Shown one piece after another: positions 26,397 to 38,556 of a DNA stretch of 64,000 bases; the first letter of the stretch is position 1, and each line of letters opens with the position of its first letter. The stretch spans positions 7,192,001 to 7,256,000 of the forward strand of contig OZ210884.1 of NCBI GenBank assembly GCA_964658305.1, given 5' to 3'. Source of the DNA: Leptogorgia sarmentosa. Its lineage: Eukaryota. The translations under genes and the position numbers were made by a program. The notes beneath the pieces were generated by a model, which saw only the letters and a list, made by a program, of their open reading frames with translations, was not told the DNA's origin and did not search any database.

Positions 26397-27565
26397 AACC
26401 AGGTGAAAATAGATATATGAAACAAGCTTGAGGTTTAATTTGAAAGAATGTTGTTGCTAAGGTCTGGTATTTAATTGTACCTGTTGTTAATTTATTGTTT
26501 TGTGTAAGAAAAAACGCATTACTTTGAAAAATAAGTGTATCCTGTTTGTACATAGATGGACAGGGATCCCGTCTCTAATCAATCCTTTTCCATTATTCTG
26601 TAAATTATCTTAATTCCAAAGGATACAAGGCATCTGGGTTTTTATACTTTACACTTTTTGTTTTTGTGGTACCTGCTGACAATGATTACAAACATTGGAG
26701 AAAAAAAAAGCCACACATATAAATGCCATGACAATTAAATAACGTTTCCAAAATGTTCTTTAGATTACGAACTCAAAGCACGGTATAATTAAGGACCATT
26801 CTGCATATATAAGTTATTTCGCCGCAAGCACACGACATGGAAAAAATTATCTGAAAACTGGTGAAAAATTTATAGATTAATCTCGGCGTGCGAGATTAGC
26901 CACAGGGCTGTCATGGTAACGTTCTACATATAAAAATGACGTTAAAATGACGTGGCACATCCGTAGATGTGTAGCTATATCACGACGTCTTAGATGCTCG
27001 CGTCGTGCTACACGACATTCCCTTGTGTTATAAGACAAGCAAACATATTTATTAAATAATGTGAAATTTACCGTACATATATAATACCTGTACACTTTAT
27101 TGTCTTTTTAATGAAACGTCTATTGTCACCGCATACAGCTAGTGCATCAGTTTGTAGTATATTGCACTGTATTTATCGGTCGTATACCTATATATAAATA
27201 ACTTATATAGTACGTAAATAAAGACTAATATTCAAATGTTTCTCATGTGTGTAGAGTTAAGATAAATGCTTAGCAACTGAAAAACTCTCTCAAGATGTTC
27301 ATGGACTATAATGAAATACGACCGTGCACGTGATCTATACTAAGACTGGCGAAGAATTCTCCTATAGGCTAGGCTAATTTCAAATTCATGCAGGCTTGTT
27401 AAGAATAAGACAGACATTAATCTTTCCTGCCGAGTGCCCAACTCTGCAAAGATATGTTTATGACACTACCATAATTATTATCCGTCAGCGTGTACGTTAC
27501 CTAAAAAAACATTAACAAAATACTCGACAAAAATGCAATAAGTTCGTAAAGCTACGATTGTTTAG

Positions 27566-29761
27566 TCAAAGACATCCAGTATACAGCTCCAGCCTCAGGG
27601 ATGGTCTGTCTTGGTATGACTGAGGTGTTATTTTAACATAACGTGCGCTGAATGGAGTTTTGAAACCATGAGTCACAACTGTCGTTTTATCCGTGTTTCC
27701 AGGGAAAATCTGAAAGTAAAAGAAAGCGCTTCATGTGAATGGAGACAACATAATAACGATTTTCAAGTTTTTGAAAGTCCATAAAACATTCCCAGAAAGT
27801 AAATTTCTGAATCTATATGTGAACATGGTGAGTCGAGATGTTTTGTAGTCTGCGAGAGCAGACCGCATTTCGCCCGCACCCCCCGGGAGCTGATGCAGTC
27901 TGCGAGCAGACTAGATGTTTTGCCCCTATGAAGTTTTGAAAAATGTCGCTTCAGGGGCAATTATATTTGCTTCTGAAAACTGAAATATCGCGTCGCGTTA
28001 CCGAATCGCGTCCGGTCTGTGAGGGCCTTCAGGCTCGACATTCGTATCCTTTCCCGGTGTATTGATCTAACCTTTGTGCCACCAGACTCCTTATAAAATT
28101 CCCAGTTTTGACCATCAATACTGTATGACACTGTGTAACTAGTCACCCATTGTGGATGAACACAACGTCCTTGAGTGGCTACACCAGTCACCGACATGAC
28201 GTCACTCAAATCAACCTGTATCCATGCAGTCTGTTTGTCTCCATCTTTCGGTGACCATGCACATCCTTCAAGATGTACATTTAGTCTAGCCTTGCCTGTA
28301 GATAAATATTCAGCAAAAGATGTCGACGCCGTGATGGCATCGTCCATTATTTTTCCACTCTCCATGCCTAGTGGATAACATCTTTCTGTTAGGGACAAAA
28401 AAACGAGAGATTAGGTTAGTGATGTGAGAAAGAATTCAAATAACTGACGAAAGACGTAAACGTTTTAGTTATCTTCAGGATTAATTTTTCTGCTTTTGTA
28501 TCATCTAGAAGGTATTTTAATTTTGTGTCAATAGTTTGTCAAACTACTTAATAACCTTCTACATAAATAATAATAATAAATAATCAGAATTTGAAAAAGT
28601 GAAATCAGCTTAACGTAAAACCCTAACTCTTAGGAAACTCCGTTATATGGTTTCTAGACCATGTTATATAACTTATATTGACTATGCTCAGCTGATCCAT
28701 ACGCTGCGCCCTCTATTCCTTTGTATAAACTTGTGAGTATAAATTTTTATCCCAATATTTATAACTTTCGCATTGACCTTTTCTGGGGTTTTTGCAGCTG
28801 TAATCCATTGTGTGTTCTTCTGCATAGCACCAAAATCCTCTAGGACAAGGATTAGAGTCACATTTTGTCTAATAACAATAGAAGAGGTCAAGAGAAATAT
28901 TATTTATTATAATTTCACTAGTAAATAACAGTTTTCGGGCATTTTGATTGGTTGCAACCAAATGCGCCATAAATTAGTAGTAGCTTTCAATTAAACTGGC
29001 TTCTCGAAGTGAAATATTCCAATTGGATTATCAATAAATAATGGAGGGCCAAAAATAGGGTGATAATGTTGGGTTTGATTTATTCTTTATTATTTAATTG
29101 TCGTACTTATTGAAATTATTTTCGCGTTGAGGTACATATTCAACGGAAAAGAGGTAAATAATTATTAAATACCCTTGAGTTGCCATCTCTCACGTTTTAG
29201 GATTCATTCTATTTTCCGACCTTTTATATTATAAAAATCCAAAATAAAATCCGAACATTAACAAAGTTCTATACTCTAGTTCTATCATAATCCTAACGCT
29301 AATCCCTGTTTCAAAATCTAAACTGAGTAGTAACTGGTATTACTGAACAATTTTTAAGGTAGTAGATTGGATAAATAAAACAATAGCCAAGAACTAAAAC
29401 AGTATCATACCTTCGGTCCACTGTACGTCCAGCCAGCATTGGCAATGAATTTTGAATTTGATTTTGAATACCTTGTTGTTTCTAATAATTCACACTTGTG
29501 TTCTCCGTCTTGTAAAGGACCAAGATTTATAGCGACACAATCGTCTGTTTTGCCGCATTGTACCATGCATTTAAAGTGGTTCTTCTCAATACTTGTTGCA
29601 ATTGGAGTTACATTAAGTTTGTGCCCAGCAAGAGGAAAACCCCAATTTATTGCTTTGAGATGTGAATGTTCCATATGTGCAACTGTAACACTGGAACATG
29701 ACAAATGGAAGCAATGCCAAAGCACATATAAACTTGAGGCGAATTTTAGAGCAGTAGACAT
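27566..29761 (-). CDS. Secreted PAN/apple-like + short EGF-like + F5/8 type C (discoidin) protein, paralogue B
   Basis: Exons 29761-29411, 28868-28778, 28385-28072, 27709-27566. Same exon structure as paralogue A (both second exons are 91 nt) and shared LKAINWG.PLAGHKLNVTPIAT. Confidence 0.85.
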
Positions 29762-30445
29762 TATTCAGTACTGAAACGATGAACTGTCAAAATTGTTTTG
29801 AACTAGAAAACACGCATCACTGTTTATAACTTTGCGGTTTTTCAAATTATTTCAAATTGACATGCATGCTCATTGGTAATTTATGGCAACTATAATCAAA
29901 ATTATGTCACATGAAAACCTCAAGTTAAATTAAACTGAAATTCAATTTTTCTATATTTAATTTCTGGCCAGGTTTTTACCGTTAACGCCTCTCTTCTGAC
30001 TTCTTTGATAATTTTGCATTTGCTATAGAAACATATCAGTAACAAATAAATACAAAGCACTGTTTTGTGGCATTGTCGTACCTGTTCAACATTATTAAAA
30101 CATTGGAAAAGGTACTGTTACCATAGAAACATGAAATATTTTTCACAGCAACACAGTCTATTATGACACTGGATAATATTATACGACATAAAAGAATGTT
30201 GTTACGAATGATATGTTCGTTTTATTCTAATTTCCTTAATTCCATTTCTTCGATCCAAAAGTTAAAATTGAGAAGATTAGAACTAGGTGATAGTGATGAA
30301 TATTTTAACACGAAATTATTAATCATGAGGTTTTTGATATGTCACGCAAGTGGACCGCCTGTTTAATCAAAGTTTTGAAGAGAAGCTTTTAGATAAGCAA
30401 AAATTGTCTTTGAATACAACAAACCTATGATGTAAGAGTTTAATT

Positions 30446-30579
30446 CAGTGGCGTAGCCAGAACGATAATTCAGGGGTGTATATTCATATCTTTGTGTGAT
30501 TTGAAACGAAATTAATAACGCAGAACATGAATATAGAAATATACCCCTCCTCCCAATTATCGTTCTGGCTACACCACTG
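30446..30579. mobile_element. hAT-family MITE (134 bp)
   Basis: TIR CAGTGGCGTAGCCAGAACGATAATT / AATTATCGTTCTGGCTACACCACTG; 8-bp TSD GTTTAATT at 30438-30445 and 30580-30587. Confidence 0.9.
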
Positions 30580-32273
30580 GTTTAATTATATAGGTTTTGA
30601 ATCACATCCCAGTAGAAATGCGTTGTAGCTAAGTTTCACCGTGTGATAGGGCCTTTGTGTGATACACTCCTTTACGAAACATGGTTACTAAGTTTCAACA
30701 AGTTTTGTAAAGTAAGAAAGAAGCGATTTAAAAAAGCAAAATGTATCTTTCGTTTGGGGTTGCTAGTTCATGGCCTTTCCCTCATGATCCGATTAGCCCT
30801 TGTTTTAGAAAAACAAATTATACTTGTCTTATCTACGTGTATTGCTAATAAATGCTAATTATTACAAGTATTACAATTGCAATTATTTTTTCTTACTGGT
30901 ATGGCTGTACCATTTTACGCAATAATGGGAGGTTTTTTTTAAATGATATTATCTAAAATCCACGAGAAATTTTCTGGTAACGTGGCATAATGTAACAGTA
31001 AATGTTTTATCTAACTGCTGCCATGACAACTGATCCGAAAACACGGAAAAGGACTGGCACTATAGCTGTCAAGTAGAAATCCTTTTTCCGATCCAAAACT
31101 ACTAAATTGTATCCGAAATAGAGTTTTTGGCAGGAGTAATACTTTGTTTCCAATTGACTTATAATTTTATTCACTAAACATTTTTACTAAGATTCAGCCA
31201 GTTTCACAAAGGAAAATAAAATATATAAGTGATTAAAAACAGCAAATGAGATTTCCATTTTGGAGCTAGTTTCAGGCCTTATTTCATTGTCAGATAAGCC
31301 AGAGTGTGTTGTTAAGAATTTTGCAGACATTGTTGAAATCTTCCTCTGCAGTTTGATTCTGTGATGTGGCAGATAGTATAGATCTTCAGACACTTCATCT
31401 TTAAAAAGTAAAGAATGAAAAAATGTTACTTTCATGTTACTCAATTTAAAATCTCTAAGAATAATTTGGGGATGTGGTTAGGCAATAAAGATTTAACAGT
31501 TTTGGTGAAATAATAATTGATAGGGCCAGCGTCTGGTTCATGCAGTCTTTCTAACACAAGCAATTAAGTACAGTCTATGAATTCTAGCAGTGATGCATAT
31601 GGAAATACGAAAAGATATATACAGAGTTTCAAAAAGTGTTCAACCTTCCTCCGTGTAAAATTTCGAGCTTTTAAATTTTCCTCAAAATGAATGCGAATTA
31701 TGACTTTCAAATTTCAAAATATAAATTACCACCTTCCTCAATCACCACACACATGACAAACCTTAATTCCTCGCGGGTGGTACCCGCATACCCGCAGCAG
31801 TTTTTGCAACTCTGGTCTCTGGATATATATATCTATGGGGCTCTACCCAAAGGATACCTTCGACCCTCGATTCTGAGGGAAAGGCTTTTTAGGAAACCCC
31901 AGAACGCTACAAAGATGTAGCCAAAATAATACTCACCATTTCAAAGAAAGTATATCGGAAAAAATCTAGCGCCTCCCTTTCCCTGTCTCCTGGAGGTAGA
32001 AAAACAAAAAGATAAATATATAGTTGAATGATAGTTTACTCCAATAACTCCTAGCTAAAACAGGCCCTATCCCTGCGAGAATCAAACACGCTAGCTGCAG
32101 CTGGAAAATGTAATGGAGGCCCGCGTATTTGTTAATTCCAAATCTCTCAACAGTTGAGTGCATGGTGATGCAAGTTTTGAAAAAAATACACTGAGTAACA
32201 ACTTCTTCTCATCAGACACACAAACAAAATACAAACGATTAGCTTTTCAACTAAAGTGGTAATGTAAGATTAC

Positions 32274-33291
32274 CTGGACACTCTTTTACAGACAATCTGG
32301 CTCCTATTGTTGTACAGCGGTAACCATTTCTAGCCATACAATAATACTGTCCGTCATTTTCTACACCAGGGTCTGGAATTACTAATTGACATACTTTTTG
32401 GCCACTTCCTGACGATGGTCGACAGTTATTAACTTGAACGCGTTTTCCATTAAAAAAGAAAGATATCACGGAGGGATTTAGTAGGTTTGGGTTGTATAAT
32501 TGTGAATGGACCAGTGGTGCTGTGGCTGTGCACTGGAGGATTAAATGAGAACCATTTTTTCTGACAGGATAAATTTCTTTGGTTATTATTTGTAGTTCAA
32601 CAAACGGATGAATTTCTAAAAATAGCAAGATTTTGATTGGATAATTTTTTTCTTCCTACGTACCCACTAAAATGGAAAATAGATCATATAGCTATGCATT
32701 GTAGAGTTAGCTAATTCGCTTAAAAAATGGTAGCCTACAACTCGGAAGGTTATAAATATCCATATTTAATATTCAATTTATATCCATATTTCAATATTCA
32801 ATTTTTCATGGTAATTATGAGTATTAATCTGAAAGGAAAGAAAGGCAACGGGAAATTCTGCTAAACCATTGAAGGATGCGTCAAAAAATTTTTTAAGTGG
32901 AAAAGTATTTGTTTAAAATGTTGCTTCGATATGTTGTTTTCCTTTTTTGTCATCCCTGTGATTTTCCTGGAGACATTTGCTGATTGTTTGATATATATGT
33001 GGGATTGCAAAGATGTAGAAAAAACGTGATTACTAGCTACAAGGATCCGTGGCATTACAGCTAGACTGCTAGCCCATGCCTCTGGAATTGTTCAGTATTT
33101 CTACAAAGGTGTTTGGGTTACAAAAAATACAAATAGACAAAATAAATTTCATACTGTCGGACAACCACAATTCACTTTTTACATAGCTATACTGTACCTC
33201 CTAGTTTTGGATTTTCCAGAAAGCATCGGCTATTTACAACAACCCCAATATTGTATTGTAGCACAATTAGCTGGAAGTATTTGGTTAACAT
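32274..33291 (-). CDS. Single Ig-domain protein, paralogue 1 (leader exon + Ig exon; possible last exon ~31399-31187)
   Basis: Exon 33291-33198 (MLTKYFQLIVLQYNIGVVV, phase 1) joins 32615-32274 (LILQCTATAP...DGQYYCMARN). Confidence 0.7.
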
Positions 33292-34442
33292 TTCCATATC
33301 TCAAAAGAAAATTAAAGGACGTTAGAAAATTAAAGGACGTTAGTAATTATTATTAAAAATAAATGGTCAATATTTAATGCTAAAAACGGTCCAAGGATCA
33401 GTGTCGGGTTATTGTTATTCATTATATACCAATCGTCAAAGTTTCCCATTTCTTGTGTTTCATTGGTCGAGAGCGTATCACGTGAGAGTGACGAAATTAG
33501 ACTGTCTCCCTTGTTATTCATAATACGTTATTCACCGGTGAACAAAAAAAAATCACGTGCGCCATCACGAGAAGACGCGACCTTTGAACGACTTGAATTT
33601 TTCGTGTATTTTTGTTCATTTGTTCCGCTTTATTTTGTCGTTTCTTTGACGATTGGTATATAATAATCGACGGTCTCGGGTCCACAAAACACACTGTTTC
33701 CCTTGGGCCCAGTCAATAACTGTTAAATATTTAATGTTTTTATCCCATGATCCAGAAATGCGAACTTGATTGTTCAATATATTGATTAGTGATATTTCTG
33801 AGACAACCTGCAAGTGTTCAATAATGGGAAGCTATTCAAAATGCTGGACCAAATTCATCGAAATAGACAGAAGAATTTTGTTGATAATATGGGCCGAGTC
33901 CTTTATAATAGGTTAAGCAGTCAAAACATATATAATATCATTCGCACTAAAGGGACAAAGAAACACCCAACCTACATTTCAACTATATATGGTTTGCCAG
34001 CACGAGCTAATATTCGACTGGCATCTTCCACGCGAACCAGCTAGGAATGTTTTACATGTTAAATTTCGAAGAAAAAACATCGGGTTTAATATCGTTTCCA
34101 AGACATGTTATAATACATGTAACTCCAATATTTGCCATGTGTAGGTACTGGATAGCAACATAAAAATACTGCCCAAGTTCCACTCGTATACCCAAACGAT
34201 GCAAGAAGACTCGACATTTCGTCTTGAATAAGTTATACTAAAAACTATATAATAATATAGTAGCTATAATCAAGTAAATGCAGCCATAAATTCCCATAAG
34301 AAAGACTTTACTTGATTCGTCCAACCTTCATTGTATCGTTTTGATAGTGAGTGGAAATTTTGCTCCATTTTCGTGAAAATATATACATAGCACTTTGCAC
34401 TTGTTAGTTGTACTTGTGGAATGTGGACTATACAAAATTTGG

Positions 34443-34530
34443 GAATCATACACATATCGAAATTCCAACCGGGAACAGGTGAGAAAAATTCATCAACTAT
34501 AGGTCCTCCGGCAGGAATCGAACCTACGCC
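34443..34530 (-). repeat. Fragment of a tRNA-derived SINE-like repeat
   Basis: Minus strand GGCGTAGGTTCGATTCCTGCCGGAGGACC contains a B-box/T-arm motif, but there is no complete cloverleaf. Confidence 0.45.
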
Positions 34531-35091
34531 TAAGACAAATTAACCCGCCAGAATAATTTCCACATCGAGGGAAGTGCCACAAAATCACATTTGATTTATA
34601 CAAAATTTGAAATATGTAGCGTTTTGTTGTTGTCGTTGCATGAAAAATAATCTGTCGTACATCCTTGAATGTGGCGGCCTTTAGTTAAATATACCAAATA
34701 GTTGGGAAATAAATTAAATATACAATCAGAAGGTTCTATGGTGAAATTTATTCAAAGAAAAATTAGTAAAAACAAACCTAGTATTCCTTACCATTGACCA
34801 ATAGATAACCTTGTTGTCGCTAGCAGAAGATAAAAACAACTGTCCTTCTCAATGGGATAGATGAATCTGTCGATTTTTCTTTGCAACAGTCTTTAATAAA
34901 GAGCATTTATACTTAATTGAGCGAACGTGAATGCATTAAGAAGGTGTGTATGGATGATGCTAATTCGTCACTTGGGGTCTCTTTACAAAAAAGTGTTTCT
35001 CGCCCACACACAAGCTTTTGTAAGACCACATACAACGCCCACCTAAACCGTTCTATAACGCAGCCTATGTACAACATATGCCTAAGGATTA

Positions 35092-35212
35092 AGTAGAATA
35101 CCCACACTTATAGCTTTGTCGAGTCAGCATTTTTTCGGGAGCTCTGACCCCTAAATTTTAGTTACCAGGTTGACCGTGTTAGACCGGTGCGCGCGCATGT
35201 GAACCGGAAACA
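35092..35212 (+). repeat. Polinton left TIR (121 bp)
   Basis: AGTAGAATACCCACAC...GAACCGGAAACA is the exact reverse complement of 49348-49468. Confidence 0.97.
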
Positions 35213-35270
35213 AGCCCAAATAAAATAAGCATGTATCTAGGTGTTTAGGACTGTTATTTAAGTTTTCAAG

Positions 35271-35758
35271 ATGAACTGTTTACACGGAGAACACGCTGTG
35301 GGCTAAAGCCTACTTGCAATTTCTTTTGCGCTAATGGAGACCGTGGTCTTTTTCAAAATGCGATAACTGCGTGGAAGAATACTTGTTGTCCTCAACCAGT
35401 ATGATACGGACATAAAAATTTGACAAAAATGCTTGTCGTAAAAGACACGATGAAAGCAAGTTATGGTCGACCTTTTTTCGTTTGCGCAAATAAAAGCAAC
35501 CCACGCTCCTTTTGGCAATGGGGCGACGTTGTGAGACCAATTTGTTATCATGGTTTACAGTGTTCAACGCGAAAAGTAAAAAGAGAAGGCGAAAACCATG
35601 GTCGCTTGTTTTATAATTGTTCGGTGGTAGGAAAAGAAAATTCGTGCGGATATTTTGAGTGGCGAGATACAAAAGAAGATGACAAACCCTTGGAACCACG
35701 TGGCACGGAGTTGTTCAGCAATACTTCGTACGAATGCACCGGCAATAAAACCGGCTAG
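35271..35758 (+). pseudogene. Polinton tandem GRF-type zinc-finger gene, disrupted
   Basis: ATG at 35271 (MNCLHGEHAVG*), frame change near 35304, in-frame TGA at 35402, then YGRPFFVC...FWQW and NHGRLFYNC...CGYFEW GRF motifs. Confidence 0.75.
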
Positions 35759-35894
35759 ACGTTTCAGAGTCATTACTCAGATCCAATTCTCGGCCAATAA
35801 CGAGAAAGCCTGTAAAACTTGATATGCTAATGATCAAACTCTTAAGTGAACATTTGTAACATTGGTACAATCTTAATTATAATTGCTTTAACTG

Positions 35895-36347
35895 TTGAAG
35901 AGACAAGTCGTGTTAAAACGTCTGGACGAAAAAATGTTGCCACAGCTTACTATACCAACTGACATTGACAACGAAGAAAGATTTCTTAGTCACCGTCAGA
36001 GTCTTATTCAAGAAAAGCTTTTGAAGTGTTATGCAGAAGAAATAGCATGTGCCATTTCAGTTCTTGTTGTTGAAAATTGCAACGGATGTATCATTGATCA
36101 CCCATCTCAAAAACAACATCCTTGTCTCATGATGGAGAATGATGAAAGATTATTAATGTATTTTGACATTGCTTTATCGAGGGTATCTGAAGCAAGCGTT
36201 ATAGAAAAATTCATGAACAGTTTGAATGATATCAAACCAAGGGTAGATGGATTAGAGTTGTTGAAGTATACCTGTAATGACTGGAGAACTGTATTTTGCA
36301 CAAACGAGAGACGGATGCTTAAACAGGAGACACTTAAACTGTTGTAA
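35895..36347 (+). CDS. Polinton accessory protein with Cys/His motif CNGC...HPSQKQHPC (start uncertain; first ATG at 35934)
   Basis: 150-codon ORF inside the TIRs, followed by AATAAA at ~36362. Confidence 0.7.
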   Translation: MKRQVVLKRLDEKMLPQLTIPTDIDNEERFLSHRQSLIQEKLLKCYAEEIACAISVLVVENCNGCIIDHPSQKQHPCLMMENDERLLMYFDIALSRVSEASVIEKFMNSLNDIKPRVDGLELLKYTCNDWRTVFCTNERRMLKQETLKLL

Positions 36348-36546
36348 TACATATTTTTTAAATAAAGATATATTGTAAAACTTGTCATTATGACGGATGT
36401 CAAACATGTTTTGTTCATGTTCATACACTTCGAAACAGGTTTGTCTGGTTTTATTTACTCAAAACGTTCGAGAACACCATGAATACGTCAGTCTATTTGG
36501 TGAATGTACTTGTGAACAGTTGGTGTAAACGAACCTGAGGAGAATT

Positions 36547-37008
36547 ATGGCCCATCTGTTTGATCAAATGTATGTCGATGAAGTTGATTTTAAGGCTCTG
36601 ACTATTGAAAAACTTATCGATCTTGTCTTTACGGAGATGATTTACCGTAAGATCCAAAAACTGGAAGAGGAGACAGGAAAGCAAGACCAGATTGACGGTA
36701 ATCAGTGGACACGATTTAGAGAGCGCTCTGAAGTTGATGATGATGAAGAACGATGGATGAACTATGCTGAACGGGCTTTGTCATTGTTGAATCATGAACT
36801 TGTATGGCAAGGAATTGTTGGAGTGTGCAAGATATTGAAGTATCCTGAGCCATCAGCTTCGCACAGAGAGTACTTTGAATCACTTTTTGAATTTTCATGT
36901 TTTGTATGGTTTCAGATTTATTCTGAATCGGAAAGAACAGTATCTATTGATAATCTTTTGGACTATGTTGTGTGTGTGTACAAATTAAAATGTAATATGA
37001 CGATGTAA
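36547..37008 (+). CDS. Polinton accessory protein of unknown function (153 aa)
   Basis: ATG-initiated ORF whose stop codon overlaps an AATAAA. Confidence 0.65.
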   Translation: MAHLFDQMYVDEVDFKALTIEKLIDLVFTEMIYRKIQKLEEETGKQDQIDGNQWTRFRERSEVDDDEERWMNYAERALSLLNHELVWQGIVGVCKILKYPEPSASHREYFESLFEFSCFVWFQIYSESERTVSIDNLLDYVVCVYKLKCNMTM

Positions 37009-37105
37009 TAAACTAAATAATAGATCACTTTAAAACATGATGTTTTGTTGTTCTTTCATCATTTTACGCTGATGCCAGTGCTGCGTACACTATTTACTCG
37101 ATAGC

Positions 37106-37363
37106 ATGGGTAGTTTTCAAAGTAAAAATGATAGAGTTAAGAGGGACAAAAATCATAACAGACAGAAAATGTTCAAACTCGGTATAAGCTTTGGCCGTAA
37201 TGATTTAAATTTGGAGGGGCACTTGCAAATGGGGTACAATAGCAAGACGATTAAGAACTACGGTCCAGCTGAAAAGCAGTTAGTTTCAGACGCAAAATTA
37301 CCTTTAACCTCCAAAACCGCAGAACAAATCGAGGGGGAGGAAACATCAGTAACAGATGACTAG
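37106..37363 (+). CDS. Small Polinton ORF with N-myristoylation-like start (MGSFQSK)
   Basis: 85-aa ATG ORF directly upstream of the integrase; fits the MGxxxS consensus. Confidence 0.5.
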   Translation: MGSFQSKNDRVKRDKNHNRQKMFKLGISFGRNDLNLEGHLQMGYNSKTIKNYGPAEKQLVSDAKLPLTSKTAEQIEGEETSVTDD

Positions 37364-37416
37364 CACTTTTTTATAAGTAACGTGCTTTGGGATTTTTTGT
37401 CACAACCAATAAAAAT

Positions 37417-38508
37417 ATGTCGAGAGCAGCAGTCGATGAGTATTTGACTAGTGTTTATTACGATCCAAAACGTTCAGGAAGTTTTGGCGGTGCGGAGAGC
37501 CTGTTTCGTGATGTGAAAGAAGAGGGAAAAATGAAATTAACTAGGAAACAAATCTCGGACTGGCTAGCAAGTCAAGATACCTATACTTTGCATAAACCGG
37601 CCCGTCGAAACTTTAAAAGAAATCGTGTCATTGTAGGAGGTATAGACGATGAGTGGCAAATGGATTTAGCAGACGTGCAATCTTTGAAACAGTACAATGA
37701 TGGTTATCGTTATTTACTCGTTTGTATTGACATATTCTCAAAGTATGCGTGGATTGTTCCAATCAAGTCGAAATCAGGTCCTGCTTTAGTTGAAGCGTTT
37801 AAAGTCATTTTATCGTCTGGTAGGAAACCGCAAAAGATCATGACAGATCAAGGAACAGAATTTTATAATAAGACATTTCAAACACTGTTGAACAACGAAG
37901 GCATTCAGCTTTTCAATACATTCAACGAGACAAAAGCATCCGTTGTTGAGAGAGTAATTCGCACCTTCAAATCAAAGATGTGGCGTTACTTTACTGCAAA
38001 GAAAACACTGAGATACATCGACATGTTAGCAGACTTAGTTTATTCTTACAATCATAGTCAACATCGTAGTATAAAGATGAAACCTGCCCTTGTCAATGCA
38101 AAAAATGAAGATAAAGTATGGCACACTCTATATAACATTGATTTTAATAATGTTCAGCCTGTAAAATATAAGTTTAAGATAAACGATCAAGTTAGAATAA
38201 GTAAAATTAAACGAAAGTTTGAAAAGGGATATCTACCTAACTTTTCAAAGGAGATATTTACTGTAAGCAAAGCATTACCTCGAGATCCGCCGGTATACAA
38301 ACTGAAAGACTTTGATGGCGAAGAGCTTAAGGGAACATTTTATGATAAAGAACTTCAAAAAGTTGTTAAGCATGATGATAAATATGAAGTTGAAAAAGTT
38401 CTTAAAAAACGGGGAAAGGGGAAAAATGTACAGTATTTAGTGAAATGGTTAGGTTACCCAAACAAATTCAACTCTTGGGTACTTGCATCGGAAATAAATA
38501 AACTTTAA
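37417..38508 (+). CDS. Polinton retroviral-like (rve/DDE) integrase with C-terminal chromodomain
   Basis: WQMDLAD, TDQGTEF, KASVVERVIRT catalytic motifs; C-terminal YEVEKVL...YLVKWLGYP...NSW. Confidence 0.96.
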   Translation: MSRAAVDEYLTSVYYDPKRSGSFGGAESLFRDVKEEGKMKLTRKQISDWLASQDTYTLHKPARRNFKRNRVIVGGIDDEWQMDLADVQSLKQYNDGYRYLLVCIDIFSKYAWIVPIKSKSGPALVEAFKVILSSGRKPQKIMTDQGTEFYNKTFQTLLNNEGIQLFNTFNETKASVVERVIRTFKSKMWRYFTAKKTLRYIDMLADLVYSYNHSQHRSIKMKPALVNAKNEDKVWHTLYNIDFNNVQPVKYKFKINDQVRISKIKRKFEKGYLPNFSKEIFTVSKALPRDPPVYKLKDFDGEELKGTFYDKELQKVVKHDDKYEVEKVLKKRGKGKNVQYLVKWLGYPNKFNSWVLASEINKL

Positions 38509-38556
38509 AACTGGTGACTGTGTCGTGTTTCATTCACTCTTTACAACTTGGTCATA

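Noticed and set aside
34501..34530. tRNA gene
   Set aside because: Only a T-arm/B-box-like segment is present, with no D-arm or anticodon arm; treated as a SINE fragment.
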